From the NCBI RefSeq assembly GCF_001194135.2, contig NC_068989.1, positions 62,230,948 through 62,284,619 of the forward strand: 53,672 nucleotides of DNA, given 5' to 3'. The position numbers and the translations under genes were made by a program. Positions 1-14,341 of the stretch are shown here, piece by piece. How positions within the stretch are numbered: the first letter of the stretch is position 1; every line of letters begins with the position of its first letter. The notes under the pieces are model-generated. The model was not told where the DNA came from, ran no database searches, and worked only from the letters and a program-made list of their open reading frames with translations. This DNA comes from Octopus bimaculoides. Its lineage: Eukaryota.

Positions 1-3000
1 TATATATATATATATATATATGCACACACACAAATACGCACATACCTTTATGCATACATACATACATACATATAAAGGCATACATATAGAGAGCTACGTC
101 TTTGAAAAGGTACTTGAACTACCACTGCCACACATACAAGATGCGTACGTACATGTCACATATATATGCACAAATATACGCATGCGTGCATATATGCGTA
201 TCTATATGTGTGTGTGCGTGCGTGTGTGTACGTGCGTGTATGTGTGTGTGTGCGTGAGTGTGCATGCAGGAATGTGTGATTCTGTATAAATGTTGATAAT
301 TTTATCAAAAAGTATCTATGGCTCGTGTTGTACGAAAATAGCTTTAGTAACACACATTTATCCCGAGCAAATTGGACGAGATAATCTTGGCCCTATTAAG
401 AAAGAATCTATATCGTATATGGGATTAGTATTTATAGCTAAAAACACACTAATCTCTACATTAATTAAAGTAAAATATTTTCTGCAGTCTAATTTCTACT
501 TTTATTCATTCTAATGTTATACTGAATAAGCATAAGAAATGTATATCTTCTATTATTGAATTACTTTTGTACTCATGGCATCGGTTAATAGCTTCGTCCA
601 AATCTTATTTGCGCTTCGCAAATATAATTAAGCTTTCACCATTTTTGGATTGCATTTCTGGAGCAATTCCTTTGGAATTGACATTCGGAGGAAATCTTTA
701 GAAAAAATTCTATTTACCTCTTCCACCTGTTATTAACGCTATCGTAACTGGATAATATAAAGAATAGCAATATTTTCAACCGTAAATGTGTTATATTTCA
801 TGTGTGTGTGTGTGTGTGTATGTGTGCGTGCGCACACGGTTGTTTGTGTGTGTGAGTACCTGTCTATGTGCGTGTGTGTGTGTGTGTGTTCGTGTGTATG
901 TGCACGTACGCGCGAGTGTTTGTGTGTATGTATGTGCGTATGAATATATATATACCTTTGTGTGTATACAGGTATACACTGAAATCTATTACGAGAGATA
1001 AATTGCAGTGTCTAATGACATGGATATTAAAAATAAACACAGCGACAGTTATATAACATATATGGAAAATGCCTATCATCACGAGCGGAAAAAACAAACT
1101 CTCATGCACATATACATTGTACACGTTCACACACTCACACACGAATCAAATTCCAAACCCACATTCTCACAATCAGACGTTTATGAATATGGGTGTATCC
1201 TCGCATATGTATTTGCCTATGCGTTTGCGTGTGAGCTGGTTCGTATTTCGTAATCATTTTATGTAATTGTATTATTACAAAAAATTTAAATGCAAAACAA
1301 TTACTTCAGCCTTTTAAAATATTGACGAAAGCGTCCGTGCAAAAATTGCTCATCTGTAAATCATTGAAATTTTATTGGAATTGAAAATGTAAATGGCTGA
1401 GCTGGAAATATGTTAATGTTTTGAAAAACAAGGACAGATTGGTGTTGCAGGGACTGACTTTTATTTCTGAAATGTCATAGCAACAAATATCTGTTTTCTT
1501 TTTGAAACAATGCATCGAGAAAACAAATGATTAGTTATCAATAAAATCGATGATTTACTAGGATTAAAGAATATTTCAGGCGTGTGGCAAGTAACGAACA
1601 TATTATTGAAGCAGATAATGATTTCTCTGATTTTGAAATCCATAATTACTAGAAAGTATCACTTTGATTCTCAGTCTTTCGATATAAGGGAAACGTTGTT
1701 TGAGTAGCATAGAGACAATTCAATTCTCTTTTATCAATAGAACTTCCTATAATTTTCGACAATATTAGTCTCACCAAAAGTAAGTGAATACCTGTAGAAA
1801 AATATAAGTTTTACCAGATACATTATGGGCCATTTGCCGATGTATATTTGATTGTCGTGTCTGGTTTAATATTATTTGACGTGACGTTTGAGTGAGTGCC
1901 CCTTCAATCTAGAAATCTTGCCAAACATCATTTGGTGTATTTTCCATCTGAGTATACAGTTAGCATTTAAATATGTGTTCCATAAATAAGGATTCGATCA
2001 AAAACCTAAAGTATTAAATCTTGTTGGTACCGTTTTTTTTTTTTTATTATTGATTTTCATATTGTTGCATTACATACAGTTGTATACAGACGATTTATTA
2101 TTTTGTAACGTTAGCAAGGTAGAGTTTTAGAGCGTTTCCCATAATTTATGTGGGTGACGTAAGTGTACCAACAATCTCGAATTATTGTGACTATCGCTGC
2201 CAAATGCTCCAGAAATAATCACTTTTCAGCAGCTCATCACTGTTTCTATCTCACGTGTGCTTATATATTTAAGTCGCAGTTATTTTGGTTGTCAGGCGCA
2301 TCCAATCTGATAATAGTGCACATGCTTTTGACCCTATGGCTGGTAGCCAAACTTTGTGTTAACTAAAATCGAGTATGAAGTAATGACCTGCATTAATACG
2401 ATTGTCAAATGTCAGCCACCGATATGATTTTGCCAATAATCCATATGCACTTCTGCGATAATCTTCAGTGAACAGTTGCATCGATGAAGAAAAATCAATA
2501 CGTTTTGACCTTAATAGAAATTGTTATAAAATTATACAACATCCTATTTCTTTAAAGTAAAACAAATTCATGATTAATTATATCATTGCTTATTATAATA
2601 AAAATTCCAAAAGCAAGTACTGTTTTTTGATTGTCTTTGTTTTTTTTGAGATTTTGCCTTTATTTCAATTTGGAATATTTTAACTAATGAAGTATGTTTT
2701 CAATACACATTGAATCGAACATAATTATTTTAATGTATAGGCTATATACAGACCAGACCCAGTGATATGTCAAACAAAACCGTAAACAATGCTATATAAC
2801 ACGATGCGAATAACTAACGATGTTATAGGAAAAATAATATGACGTAGGATCTATGGATATTCAAGGTACTCAATTCTCAAAATCTCTGATTTTCTTAGAT
2901 TTCTAAATGTATGTAACTATGTCCCAATGTGTTTGGAGTCACATTCAAATATTTGAAGATCTCGTTTTCATTATTCAATTAAATTTATTTAATTTTGCCT

Positions 3001-3116
3001 AACTATTGGATCATATATGAATAGTATAATAATGTGCATTATCTCTCTCTCTCTCACACACACACATATTTATTCATAAATGCATACGTGCGTGCGTGTG
3101 TGCATGTGTGTATGTA

Positions 3117-3166
<50 letters not shown>

Positions 3167-5682
3167 CTTGTATATTTATATATTTATAAACTTATAAATA
3201 TATTTATATATACATATATATCTCTCTCTATATATATATACATATGTGTATGTATATGGATTGATCCTCTCTTACGTGCTTACATATATGTGCTTACATT
3301 TATGTGCTTACATTTAATCGTGTATATGTACTTGTATGAGTGTCTCTGACTGCATGCAATTTACTTGCAAATATTGATTTTCTTCAATTATATATCAGTT
3401 TAATGGGATCTTACTAATTAATATGGAACGGTTATATAAAACACATCTTACAAAAGTTCATTTCTTAATTGTATATATCTCCTACTTATTTGGATTTCTT
3501 CGTTATTCATTCGAAAATATGTTTTGGGGGTGGGTGGGGCGGTACTCCTACCAATTATTACAACCTTTTCATATTATCTAGCATCATTAGCAAATTTGGG
3601 ATTTCAAATATGGGAAAAGTGATAACCAATTACCTTTAAGCAAATAAATCAGAATTAACTTTTATCATATCTAAGGTCACGTGACATCTAAACTTAATGA
3701 GCAGCTATTTAAACTAATGCTATGTTCTTTGTTTTTCTGGGTTTTTTGGGGGATGGGGGGTATTTAGGGTAGATAAAAACGAAAGTTAATTTAAGAGAAA
3801 AGAAAACCATTTGAGCTTAATGTTTCTATCGATAAAATATTATATTATACCCTTTATACATTATAACGGTTAAAGTAATTTCATAACAATTTAGTTCATT
3901 CAACTGGAACAAAAACAACGTACAAGACCTTAGAGTATCATGTGCTGTTCTAGATCTGAATGTCTCTTCGTGTACGTCTGTCTTCACGTTATTCCTCGTA
4001 AGCATTTCACATGGGACTTAAGGAGGTCGATATTTATTAATGTTTATATATTTTAAAATGGCATGGACGATTCCCATGCGTTTTTGCGGCGTGTCCGATC
4101 CTAGTGAGAACAATGTTGTTTTTGGTAGGCTTAAGTTATGCAATTTCATTTACTTTGTGATCGACAAATTGAAAACGACAGTGGAAGACTTAAACTATTA
4201 AATGATTAGAGTTTGGTACACTTTTCTACAGATGGGAAAAGATATCCTGCAAATTTAATAAGGATTGTTCCTGTATATGAGACAAGCATAAACGTTAATA
4301 TATATTTTATAATGTGCACGGTGTAAAGGAAAACGTAATGACAATGGAAATGAAAGCGTGTGGATATACATCGAAAAATGAGATGTATTCGTATTACTGC
4401 ATTAACAATCGCTCGACCACTTTGATTCATTTTGGTGATATTTAAATGTAACATACACACAGCATCCTCGAGTAAATTGCTTGTGTATTCACAGATTATT
4501 GTTCTTTCCACGTGAGATGAGTGAGTTGACATAACTTAACTATTTACGATTCCAGATAGCAGGCAACATATATTTTCTTCAAACAAGGTGCAAGGTGTCA
4601 TAGTCTTCTTTGCTCTCAATTTGCCGAAAATTTTCTTCGGAGTCAGTTCAGTTCCGGATCGGTATTTTATCTGTACGTGACTACATGGAGTTCTATTCGC
4701 TTAGGAAGTCAGCAATGGTGGATTGACAGGAAGTTTCGGAATGGCTTCCTTTCGATTGTCAATGATGAGGAAATGAGATTGAGTAAGAGATTTGGATCTA
4801 TTGTTAAAGATGTAAAAACAAAAATGCTATAGTTACTGACGGTTCATGAGCCCAGTTACAGAACAAGCTAGTACATATGGAAAATTCGATCAAATCGGAG
4901 GAAGAATAGCCTCTGGCGGAACAGTATGTCTTATGTAATATGACACGAACCATTTGTCGCCTAATCTAAGAGATGGTGTATTTTGCGACTCATAAGAGGG
5001 CAAGAACATAGAATTTACACAGCATAGATATTATTTATAGAAATATATTTTTGTTGCATTGTTTTTACTAGTAAATCTTATTTATTTGTCTATAAATATC
5101 TTTATATAATTATTTATTTTTTTATGCCTCTTAGCAATTTCCATTCATATGAAAAAGTTTTCATTAATATCTATAAGTAAATTTTCAATAAAAATCAAAA
5201 TTAGACTTGATGACAAAATGAAATTATATAACTCGAACTACTTACAAAAAAATCTTTCATATTACCTTAAAGGAAATTACATTAGTTGCTATGGTTACAG
5301 CTTCAAGGAAATTGCAAAATACGTGATTCTTATCAAAATACTAGTAAAAAATATCATTAATATTATTGTTATTAATATTATTTTTTATTAATAATAAGGA
5401 TGTTGACATTAACAATACTATTATTTTTACTAGTAGTAGCAGTAGTCGTAGTAGTAGTAGTAGTGAAGGTGTTGGCGGTGAGGGCGGCATTGTCGTTAAA
5501 GTAATATTTCCGTTGATGTTAATATCTACAAAATGGTGGAACCCTCAGTAAAAGGTTAGCTAAAATGCTGCGTCAGAATACATATATTGCTATGTGGATA
5601 TCAGGAGGGAATAGTAAAATTTGCTATAAAACACAACCGATGTGAGACTCCGAGTTTTAATAAAAGTCGAAATTGAAGCTGT

Positions 5683-6065
<383 letters not shown>

Positions 6066-6696
6066 CTAAATTTGTGAAGATAATTAATAACCAAACGAAA
6101 TTATCATGGTTTTCGTTTTCACACTGACAGCATTGAAAGTAATTATGAGTTAGATATTAAATGATGATGATGACACAACGAAAGGAATCTGCCTTTTTTT
6201 CTATTTTCTTTTTATGTTTTGAAACAAATTTCCTTAATAACTCATAGCGAGAAAAGAAAGAAAGCCGTATTGAGAAGTAGACTTTCATTTCGATAACTTT
6301 GTTCTCATTCGCTAAATGGGCTCTCAATTGTTCAAACTGGCGAAGGCATCGAGATTTTCACTTGTGAATGACGTGAAAAGGAAGGAAGTTACAGGAAGCT
6401 GTATTGTTCTGAATCAGCCACTAAAATCTTCTGAGACTAGCAATATTAGCTGTACGTTAAGGTTTCTAGTTACCAATTCCTTTTCATTACCGTATACTGA
6501 AATGCTTATATCAAATTATCATACGTTATTGTTTAACCCCAGGTAAGTATTATGCGCGCATACCTATGATCCAGTGCATTCTCTGCTTTATATTACTGTC
6601 ATATAACACTTTCACTGGCATATTTCTAATGGAATACCCTGTCTTTGTTTCAGTTAAGTTTTAGAAAGAGTATCTAATATATTAGCTGTAAGTATT

Positions 6697-6880
6697 AAGC
6701 TGGTGCAAGGCGGCCAAAATGCTTAGTGGCATTCAAATTCGTTCTGCATTCAAATTCCGCTAAGGTCAAATGTGTCTTTCATCTTCTCGCAGTTCGATAA
6801 AATAAGCATCCGCTGTGCACTAGGGTCGATGTCATGAATATCCACTCCCCTAAAATTACTGGTCTTCCGTTAAAACTTAA
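6697..6880 (+). mobile_element. Degenerate SINE copy (family A; same family as 20294-20515)
   Basis: Colinear similarity to 20294-20515: 'caaaatgcttagtggcatt' vs 'caaaatgatgagcggcatt', 'ttcaaattccgc' vs 'ttcagattctgc', 'tctttcatc', 'gcactagggtcgat' vs 'gcactggagtcgat', 'ctcccctaaaatt' vs 'ctcccactaaaaatt'. Confidence 0.75.
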
Positions 6881-8739
6881 AACCATAATTTCACTGGTAT
6901 TTAGAACATAAATTGACATAATATTTTGATGAAATGTTTTAATTTAATTGACCTTAAATCTTGCAGTTTGTATCATGAATTTAACTGGAAGGTATCAAAA
7001 GAGTCAAGATGTCTCAGATTATATTCTCTTATATTTCATTTCCACCGTTATGGTAGAGCTAATGTATTTTTTATGGAGATGTATCAACTATATGCTGAAG
7101 AATTCTTTGCATACGGAGAAGATATATTGCTTGATCATATGTATTCATATTGAAATATGTTGTTATTTTCATACACTAGTTTCAATGTAAGCTGTAACTT
7201 TCTTTAGAATAGTGTCTAAATACGCATACATATTTAGAGAAAATGTGTCGCTCAGCATTACTGAAATTTAAAACACATAATCCAAAAATGTAAGATTTTA
7301 CGTAGATATTCGATATCTGAGTAGGAACAGACAATTAACCGCAAATCAAGTCCACGTATCAGGGATATGATAGACGACACATGGAGAGGTTTGTTTCCCA
7401 AATACACTTTGTCTGGACGGATGCAACTGAAATTCTCGGACTAGATATCTATTCTATGACTCCCCACTTGTGATTAAGCAACCGCAAGAGCATAACAAAT
7501 TAAACTTTTATTCTTCTATATTATATTACTCTGTTACAAAATATATTTCAACAATGAAAGTTGTTTAAATCCATATTATATATAAGTTCATGAACAACAA
7601 TTTGCAACCGCCATGAAAACAGTAGATTTAAGAATGACAGCAAAAACTATCATCATCTTAAGTACGAGGGAAGGATAGCAAGGAATGAATGGAGAGATTT
7701 ACCGGAGACTGATATATCATAAGGTTGATGAAGGCGTGTAAAATTACGTATGCAAGCAGTATAGGTAAACAATTTATCGAAAAAATCATTTGTCTTACAT
7801 TTTCAAGTATTTGTTTTCAAACATACTAAGAAAATTCAAACGGTAGATTTATGTAAAAATTGAAGTGAAATACCTAACTTTACTTGCAACAATTTACTAA
7901 AGAGAAAAATAACAATTTGTATCAAAATGGAGAACATGTGTATGATCTCCACAACTAAATATTGTGCGGTATTATGAATATCTTATTTAAACAACTTACA
8001 TCAAAGGGTTGTAGTAATATCTCTATAGTACAGTAGCGCAGATAAAATATTGTCAGTGATCTTGCTCAACATAATCTGTGTATGCTTTGTTTTCTTTGAA
8101 TTTATATTATCTTAAAAGGAAAATAGATGATACGGTTCGAGTGTGGCTCTCAAGGAGTTGAAAACTAATAGCTCTTTTGTCAAGTTATTTTTATAGTTCA
8201 ATGTATATTCTCTCTGTTCATATCATTCAATTTTTGTGCACTCAAATCTATTAAAATAAAATTATAGTATTATTGCAACTTATCGTTCACTAGAATTACT
8301 GCTTTCCGCATATTGAGTTAATACATACTGTTATCTTGGATGTCTATTGTAGTTCCTTTTGCTAATATGTGTAAGGTATTCTGCTATCTTTTATAGTCAA
8401 TATGAAATACATTGTGCGCGAAATTCCTCTCAGCCGGGTAATACACATCATATATTACTATTACTATAATAAAGCGAGAGAAGCTTCCTTGCGTAAATAA
8501 TATGTACGATATACAAGCATCTGATAGTTATTTCTTTTACTGCATGAGCGCATTTTAAAAGCCAGCCATAATGTTTCTTAGACACAAAGCATAAGGTAGA
8601 CCTAAATAAAAATGCAGAACCGCTCAATGATTTTTGAAATGATGTAATATTAAAATAAAAACAGGATCATACACTTTTACGGAACCTTAAACCACCCAAC
8701 ATACTTCAAAGGAGCACATAGAAACAAATGTATCCATTT

Positions 8740-9700
8740 CAGCAACTACGAATATAGGAAATATTCGTTGGAAACAGAACAAGTAATATGTACTAAAATG
8801 CACAAGCTAAATGCAAAAGTGGATCGTAATTACCTTACAAAAGCCGAATGTTGTCGATGCTTTATCCAATTTGAACTTTCTTACAAGACTACCACAATTG
8901 CATTGGCAAACATCCTGAAAAACCTAACGTTCGGATGCTAAAATGGCGAGAAGCCTAGAAGCTTCATCCTATCTTAAATAAGATCCCAAAAGTTGAAATT
9001 GATTTCATGAATGATACCCAGGATAAGCAGCCGAGAAGTAGTATATGCAACCGTGGCTGCAAATAACGTGAACTTAATTACAAAGAAAGACAAGCACATG
9101 AACAATTAGGCTGGTAGGTGCGAGCAAATGTTGTGTATGGCAAACAAGTGGCTCATAGCAAAAACAGTTGATATTAACCAGAAGCACACCCATCAGTAGT
9201 TACGAAGCGCAGGGCAGAAGGGAAAGCTCGAAGGCTTCATCAAAACAGCTCAAGATAAAAGCTTATTGATTCAAAACTACCAAGCTAATCTGATGAAAAA
9301 TAGAGCAGATCCAAAGAGCCGATTCTGCAATGATGAAATTGTAATAGTGGACAACTATATCTCTGACTGTAAAGCTGTAGTGGCAGTAGAGTATAAATCA
9401 AGACATGACAGAGCTGGCCAAAACCAATACTGGTTAATATGTGGGCGTTATAAAATCAAAACTGTTGACAATTTGTGCAAGTATTTCTATATTTCTTGAT
9501 CAGCATGCATGAGCATAACATTTCGATAACACAATATAACAACCTCGGAACAGAATAATTTGCTCGCTCAAATCGGGAAAAAATGTGGCATCACAAGGGG
9601 ACTACAATCGTTATGATTTTAAGAGAATGATCAAAACTGGAACACAAAAAAATATTTTGAGAATGATGTTTGGCTGGCAATCCCGGCACGTGTAAAAAAC
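8740..9700 (+). mobile_element. R4/Dong-like (restriction-like endonuclease clade) non-LTR retrotransposon remnant: post-RT region, zinc knuckle and endonuclease, with stops and frameshifts
   Basis: Manual translation gives KMHKLNAKVDRNYLTKAECCRCFIQFELSYKTTTI (~8797-8900; cf. MHHPKADVDRLY...GGRGL.QLE) and DINQKHTHQ*LRSAGQKGKLEGFIKTAQDKSLLIQNYQANLMKNRADPKSRFCNDEIVIVDNYISDCKAVVAVEYKSRHDRAGQNQYWLIC (cf. ETEGF..AAQDQ.L.TR.Y....C R.C...ET.DH..SGC......Y..RHD). A KMWH-like motif follows at ~9583. Confidence 0.85.
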
Positions 9701-10239
9701 TGAAATATAAAATTCATGATTTTTTCTCTTATAACGTAAACAATTGGCATAATATTTTCTTAATGTTATGACGATTCTAAATGCTGTTTACCGTGAATTA
9801 TCCCTCTATTACATAAACATGAAATATATCTATTGTTTTTCATCATCGATTTTCCTATATTCATGAATACTTATATTTCCTGCTTATTATTTATATCCTG
9901 CTGATCCTCACGAGAAATCTGAGATATCATATATGACATGTGTTACTTACATTTATTGTACGATGTCTAAACTAAGCTATAGTGCATTTATTGTGGAAGA
10001 AAAATGGGGTTATTTTATTACTTATTTCTGTATTAATTACACAACCATAAACACAAATAAGCGTATATGCATCTGAATAAAAAGTATGTGCATGCATATA
10101 TATGTCTGTGTGTGTATGTGTCTCTGTGTGTGTGCGTGTATATATGTACTTAACTATGTATGCATGTGCGTACACATATATATATGTCAGCATATATATG
10201 TGCGTCACTTAGGTAAGCTTCGGCCATGACTTACCCAGA

Positions 10240-10900
10240 ACATGTTTAACTCAATAATCTTATAATACCAACTGCCTTCATTGCCCACGAAAGAAAGGGA
10301 TTTTCGTTTGCCGCCGTACATCCGATTAGTGATGTTTTTGTATTTCTATGAAGATTGTGGTGAAGCCATAGTTTCTGTGATTTTTTCTTCTTTTTTTTTT
10401 GCAACATTGTCGAATCATATATTGTCAACAATAAATATAGTTTAGTGATGCCAGCTGCCATGACTATATCATTGTTAGCTAGCTTCTTTTTCAAAGTACT
10501 TTTAGCTTCATACCAGTGTTCTTGAAGAAATAGAGCAATGATCTTATTGCAATACCATGAAAGCCAACTTCTCAACAGTCTTATTTTTCAAGGGGTACTG
10601 ATATTTGGCTCTCTTCAAATGGTGGAAAGCGTCAACCAGTTCTTCCGAATTATTCTGATTTAGCTAAAACTTCAGTATTTTTCATTATAACTACGAAAAT
10701 TACTTCTGAAGAGCAGGAACATAACTGATCGTAATCATGTTACCTTGAGGGTTTCCAAAGAAAAAGGTTTTCGTCTATGATCCACTTTCAGCTCCTAATA
10801 AGAAGTGTGATTCAAAACAGGACATCTTCTCCCGGTACAGCTATTTTGAAGGAGGTTCATACAACAAGTATTCAAAACTAATCTCCAAAATTTTGCATAA
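10240..10900 (-). mobile_element. Highly decayed LINE reverse-transcriptase fragment, probably RTE-like
   Basis: Minus-strand peptides weakly recall RT motifs in the expected order: *TKT (WTKS), GNMITIS..K*F (NYRTISL..SKV), VMAAGITKLYLL (VRQGCILSPYLF) and NITNRMYGG (NINNLRYADD). Similarity is low and judged by eye. Confidence 0.45.
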
Positions 10901-11278
10901 AAGGATTTATGTATGTGTGTGCGAGGCAAACGTTTGGCACAGGAGGTCAGGAAGTGGGCATCAGTCATATTCAGAAGACAAGGGCAGTTATAACAAACAA
11001 GCTTTTCCTCTGTAACTTTTCAGTTGAGCGAGCTACCCTCGCTGAATGTATGTATGTATGTATGTATGTATCTATGCATCTATGTATCTATGTATGTATG
11101 CATGCATGTTTGCATTTGCCTATATATCTATCTGTCCATCTATCTATCTATCTGCACTACATATTCTAATGGCTATTGGACGCATGCACACGGATAGTCT
11201 GGGAACTCTTCATTGCATTATGGTTAGGTGTGTATATGTATTTGAAAAATAAATTAAAAGCAATACTACGGCGGAGAA

Positions 11279-12013
11279 AAAGTAGGCGCGATTAAAGGAG
11301 TGAAAACGAAGAAGGTACAGCGAAAATGATAAGGAAAACACAACATGGAATATAATGAGAAAGAAACTAAAAGAGAAGAAAGGGATCAAATAAAACCATG
11401 TTGTATTTATCGTAATTTCTCTTAAGTTTTCTATGCATGCATGCTTCTACGCGTGTATAGAACTATATATAGGTTGTGTGTGTGCGCGCATATGGGTGTA
11501 TGTATATAAGTATGTACGTATGTATGTATCTATCAATATATATATATATATANNNNNNNNNNNNNNNNNNNNNNNNNNNNNNNNNNNNNNNNNNNNNNNN
11601 NNNNNNNNNNNNNNNNNNNNNNNNNNNNNNNNNNNNNNNNNNNNNNNNNNNNNNNNNNNNNNNNNNNNNNNNNNNNNNNNNNNNNNNNNNNNNNNNNNNN
11701 NNNNNNNNNNNNNNNNNNNNNNNNNNNNNNNNNNNNNNNNTATATATATATATATATATATTGATAGATACATACATACGTACATACTTATATACATACA
11801 CCCATATGCGCGCACACACACAACCTATATATAGTTCTATACACGCGTAGAAGCATGCATGCATAGAAAACTTAAGAGAAATTACGATAAATACAACATG
11901 GTTTTATTTGATCCTTTTCTTCTCTTTTAGTTTCTTTCTCATTATATTCCATGTTGTGTTTTCCTTATCATTTTCGCTGTACCTTCTTCGTTTTCGCTCC
12001 TTTAATCGCGCCT

Positions 12014-12018
<5 letters not shown>
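11279..12018. repeat. Long inverted repeat: arms 11279-11552 and 11741-12018 around (TA)n and an N gap
   Basis: Base-by-base comparison shows the right arm is the reverse complement of the left, with only 2 substitutions (left positions 11301 and 11382) in ~257 non-TA bases. Confidence 0.97.
11553..11740. other. Assembly gap. Other gaps: 13855-14137, 16607-16796, 30004-30774, 34306-34898, 38044-38053, 38979-38988, 48403-48630
   Basis: N runs, nearly all flanked on at least one side by dinucleotide microsatellite. Confidence 0.99.
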
Positions 12019-12053
<35 letters not shown>

Positions 12054-12898
12054 AACTTGTTACAAATTCAAATAAGCTTTTGTCATATTCGAGCCTGTAT
12101 GAAAGCATTCTACTGTATATTGTCATGGAAAAAAAATTCTCGCTGTATACAGATAATTATAAAAACACCGAGTCACTTCCAGATATTTAGATGTACGCAT
12201 TTTGGAATGTTTATTTCCTCTTCAGCAGCAGAACAAGAAAGGAACTGATATTGGAGACAGGTTCTTCTTGTTATTATCCGCTCACTGCAAAATGATTATT
12301 TCCATTAATAGGTGGCTCACCGTGAATAAGATACTGTGTATATGTATATAATAGTGAGAGTCTGTGTGTCTATGTATATATGTACGTATGTATATATGCG
12401 TGTGTGTATACGTATCATTCTGAGCCCGTGTTCGTGCCAACAGAAATTGTATCGCCTTTCGAATTTATCAAATCTTTACAGCAAGACGTGTGTAATAAAC
12501 TATGGAATCTATAATATCTGTCATAATCGCCATGAATAAAATATTTGATTATCCTGACATCTTCAAAACGATACATATGTTTATATGTGTCAATGTTCTC
12601 GAGTTCGCGTGTACATTCGTGTGCTTCGTGCAATTTATACTAAATATTCCTCTTAACTGTTATATGTTTTATAAATTATCTTCGAATGTATTCATATCTG
12701 TACGTTGCATTATGACAAGTAATTTGATTATTAATTTAAACATCAGTATATTTCATTAAATAGGAGAAATTAGTTTGATACAAAATTCGTTAATCAACAA
12801 ATTCACTTAATCCCTGTTACAATGAAATAATTAAGATCTATTAATAGATTACTACCTAAATAAATATCTAGTGTATATAGGATTGTATTAATGTGATT

Positions 12899-13083
<185 letters not shown>

Positions 13084-13560
13084 TACGAGGGGCGGCTGAA
13101 AACTCTCTTGTACTATAATGAAATAAGATTTATATTTCGACATAGTTCCCGTTGATGTCTACTTTTCCATCGGTGTTGCAATGCATGGATCTTATTGTTG
13201 AAATTGCTCCTCATATTGTTGGTAAAGAACGTCATCAACAACATATAACGCGTCATTCTCACAGATGAGGGAACAATTGATTGTCATATGGGGACAAATA
13301 AGTCGAACAGGGACACATATAAAGCAGTTCAAATCTACAGTGACGCAAAGAGGTCATTGAAACCAAGCCCATGTGCGTTGGAATCATGTACTGCCGAAAC
13401 AAGAGACCCTTTGTCAGTTTCCGCGGGCGCTTAGTCTTAATAGCCTTTCGTAAATGCCTCACCAACTTGGCGTGGTACTCTCCATTGATGGTGTATTGCT
13501 TTTGAAGCAACTGAGGACATCATCACCTGATACAGAAACCACGTCTGCATGAATGTTCTT
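13084..13560 (-). mobile_element. mariner-type DNA transposon remnant: C-terminal transposase and right terminus
   Basis: ORF 13259-13510 (QYTINGEYHAKLVRHLRKAIKTKRPRKLTKGLLFRQYMIPTH...FELLYMCPCSTYLSPYDNQLFPHL) aligns to mariner motifs TING.YY..LL..LR.AI..KRP...KGVLFHQDNAPAH...HPPYSPDLAPSDYHLF, with 34 residues between the D2-equivalent and D3. It is followed by IHALQHRWK and GNYVEI*. The terminus TA-CGAGGGGCGGCTGAAAA at 13084 is mariner-TIR-like. Confidence 0.92.
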
Positions 13561-14341
13561 CGTAGGTAAACACCTTAATAACAAATGTTATTTACTTTCG
13601 AGAAAACAGTCAAATTTCAGTATAAGATGAAGGAAGCAATGCAGGTTTAAATTTAATAGCAAGGTCTAAAATTAAAATATGCCAAATTTCGCAGTTCTCA
13701 CATTATTTCTTCAAAGACACCCTATCAATATTTTAGCCCACATATATACATATATATATTTCTATAAATGTATGGGCTGAAATATTTATACATATACATA
13801 CAAATATTTATATATATATACATACATAATATATATGCATGTATATACAAATATNNNNNNNNNNNNNNNNNNNNNNNNNNNNNNNNNNNNNNNNNNNNNN
13901 NNNNNNNNNNNNNNNNNNNNNNNNNNNNNNNNNNNNNNNNNNNNNNNNNNNNNNNNNNNNNNNNNNNNNNNNNNNNNNNNNNNNNNNNNNNNNNNNNNNN
14001 NNNNNNNNNNNNNNNNNNNNNNNNNNNNNNNNNNNNNNNNNNNNNNNNNNNNNNNNNNNNNNNNNNNNNNNNNNNNNNNNNNNNNNNNNNNNNNNNNNNN
14101 NNNNNNNNNNNNNNNNNNNNNNNNNNNNNNNNNNNNNTAAAAAGTTACTCTGCTGAAAATTTAGCCATAAAATTCAAGTGTGGGAAAAAGTTTTTCTTTT
14201 GATAGCACTAGCGAGAAATAAATAGACTTCAGCGATTGGATGTTGGTTTGATAAAGAAACAGAAAACAAGAGAGTTAAAGGAGGGCATATTAGCGTTCTC
14301 AGAAAAACGAATCAATACAATATTTCGTTTTTTTTTTCTTT

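Noticed and set aside
4229-4436. Possible exon after ttttctacag (DGKRYPANLIRIVPVYETSINV...)
   Set aside because: The frame closes with a stop, no good donor is present, and no family is recognisable.
4560-4980. Possible very old mariner fragment, and a C/D-box-like ATGATGA...CTGA pair (~4762-4840)
   Set aside because: Transposase similarity is too faint to defend. The snoRNA candidate lacks a terminal stem and a convincing rRNA-complementary guide.
7290-7790. Possible upstream RT portion of the R4/Dong element
   Set aside because: Only vague resemblance (RYLFYDSPL vs GIFQGDSLSPL); no diagnostic YMDD/YKYLG motif could be read.
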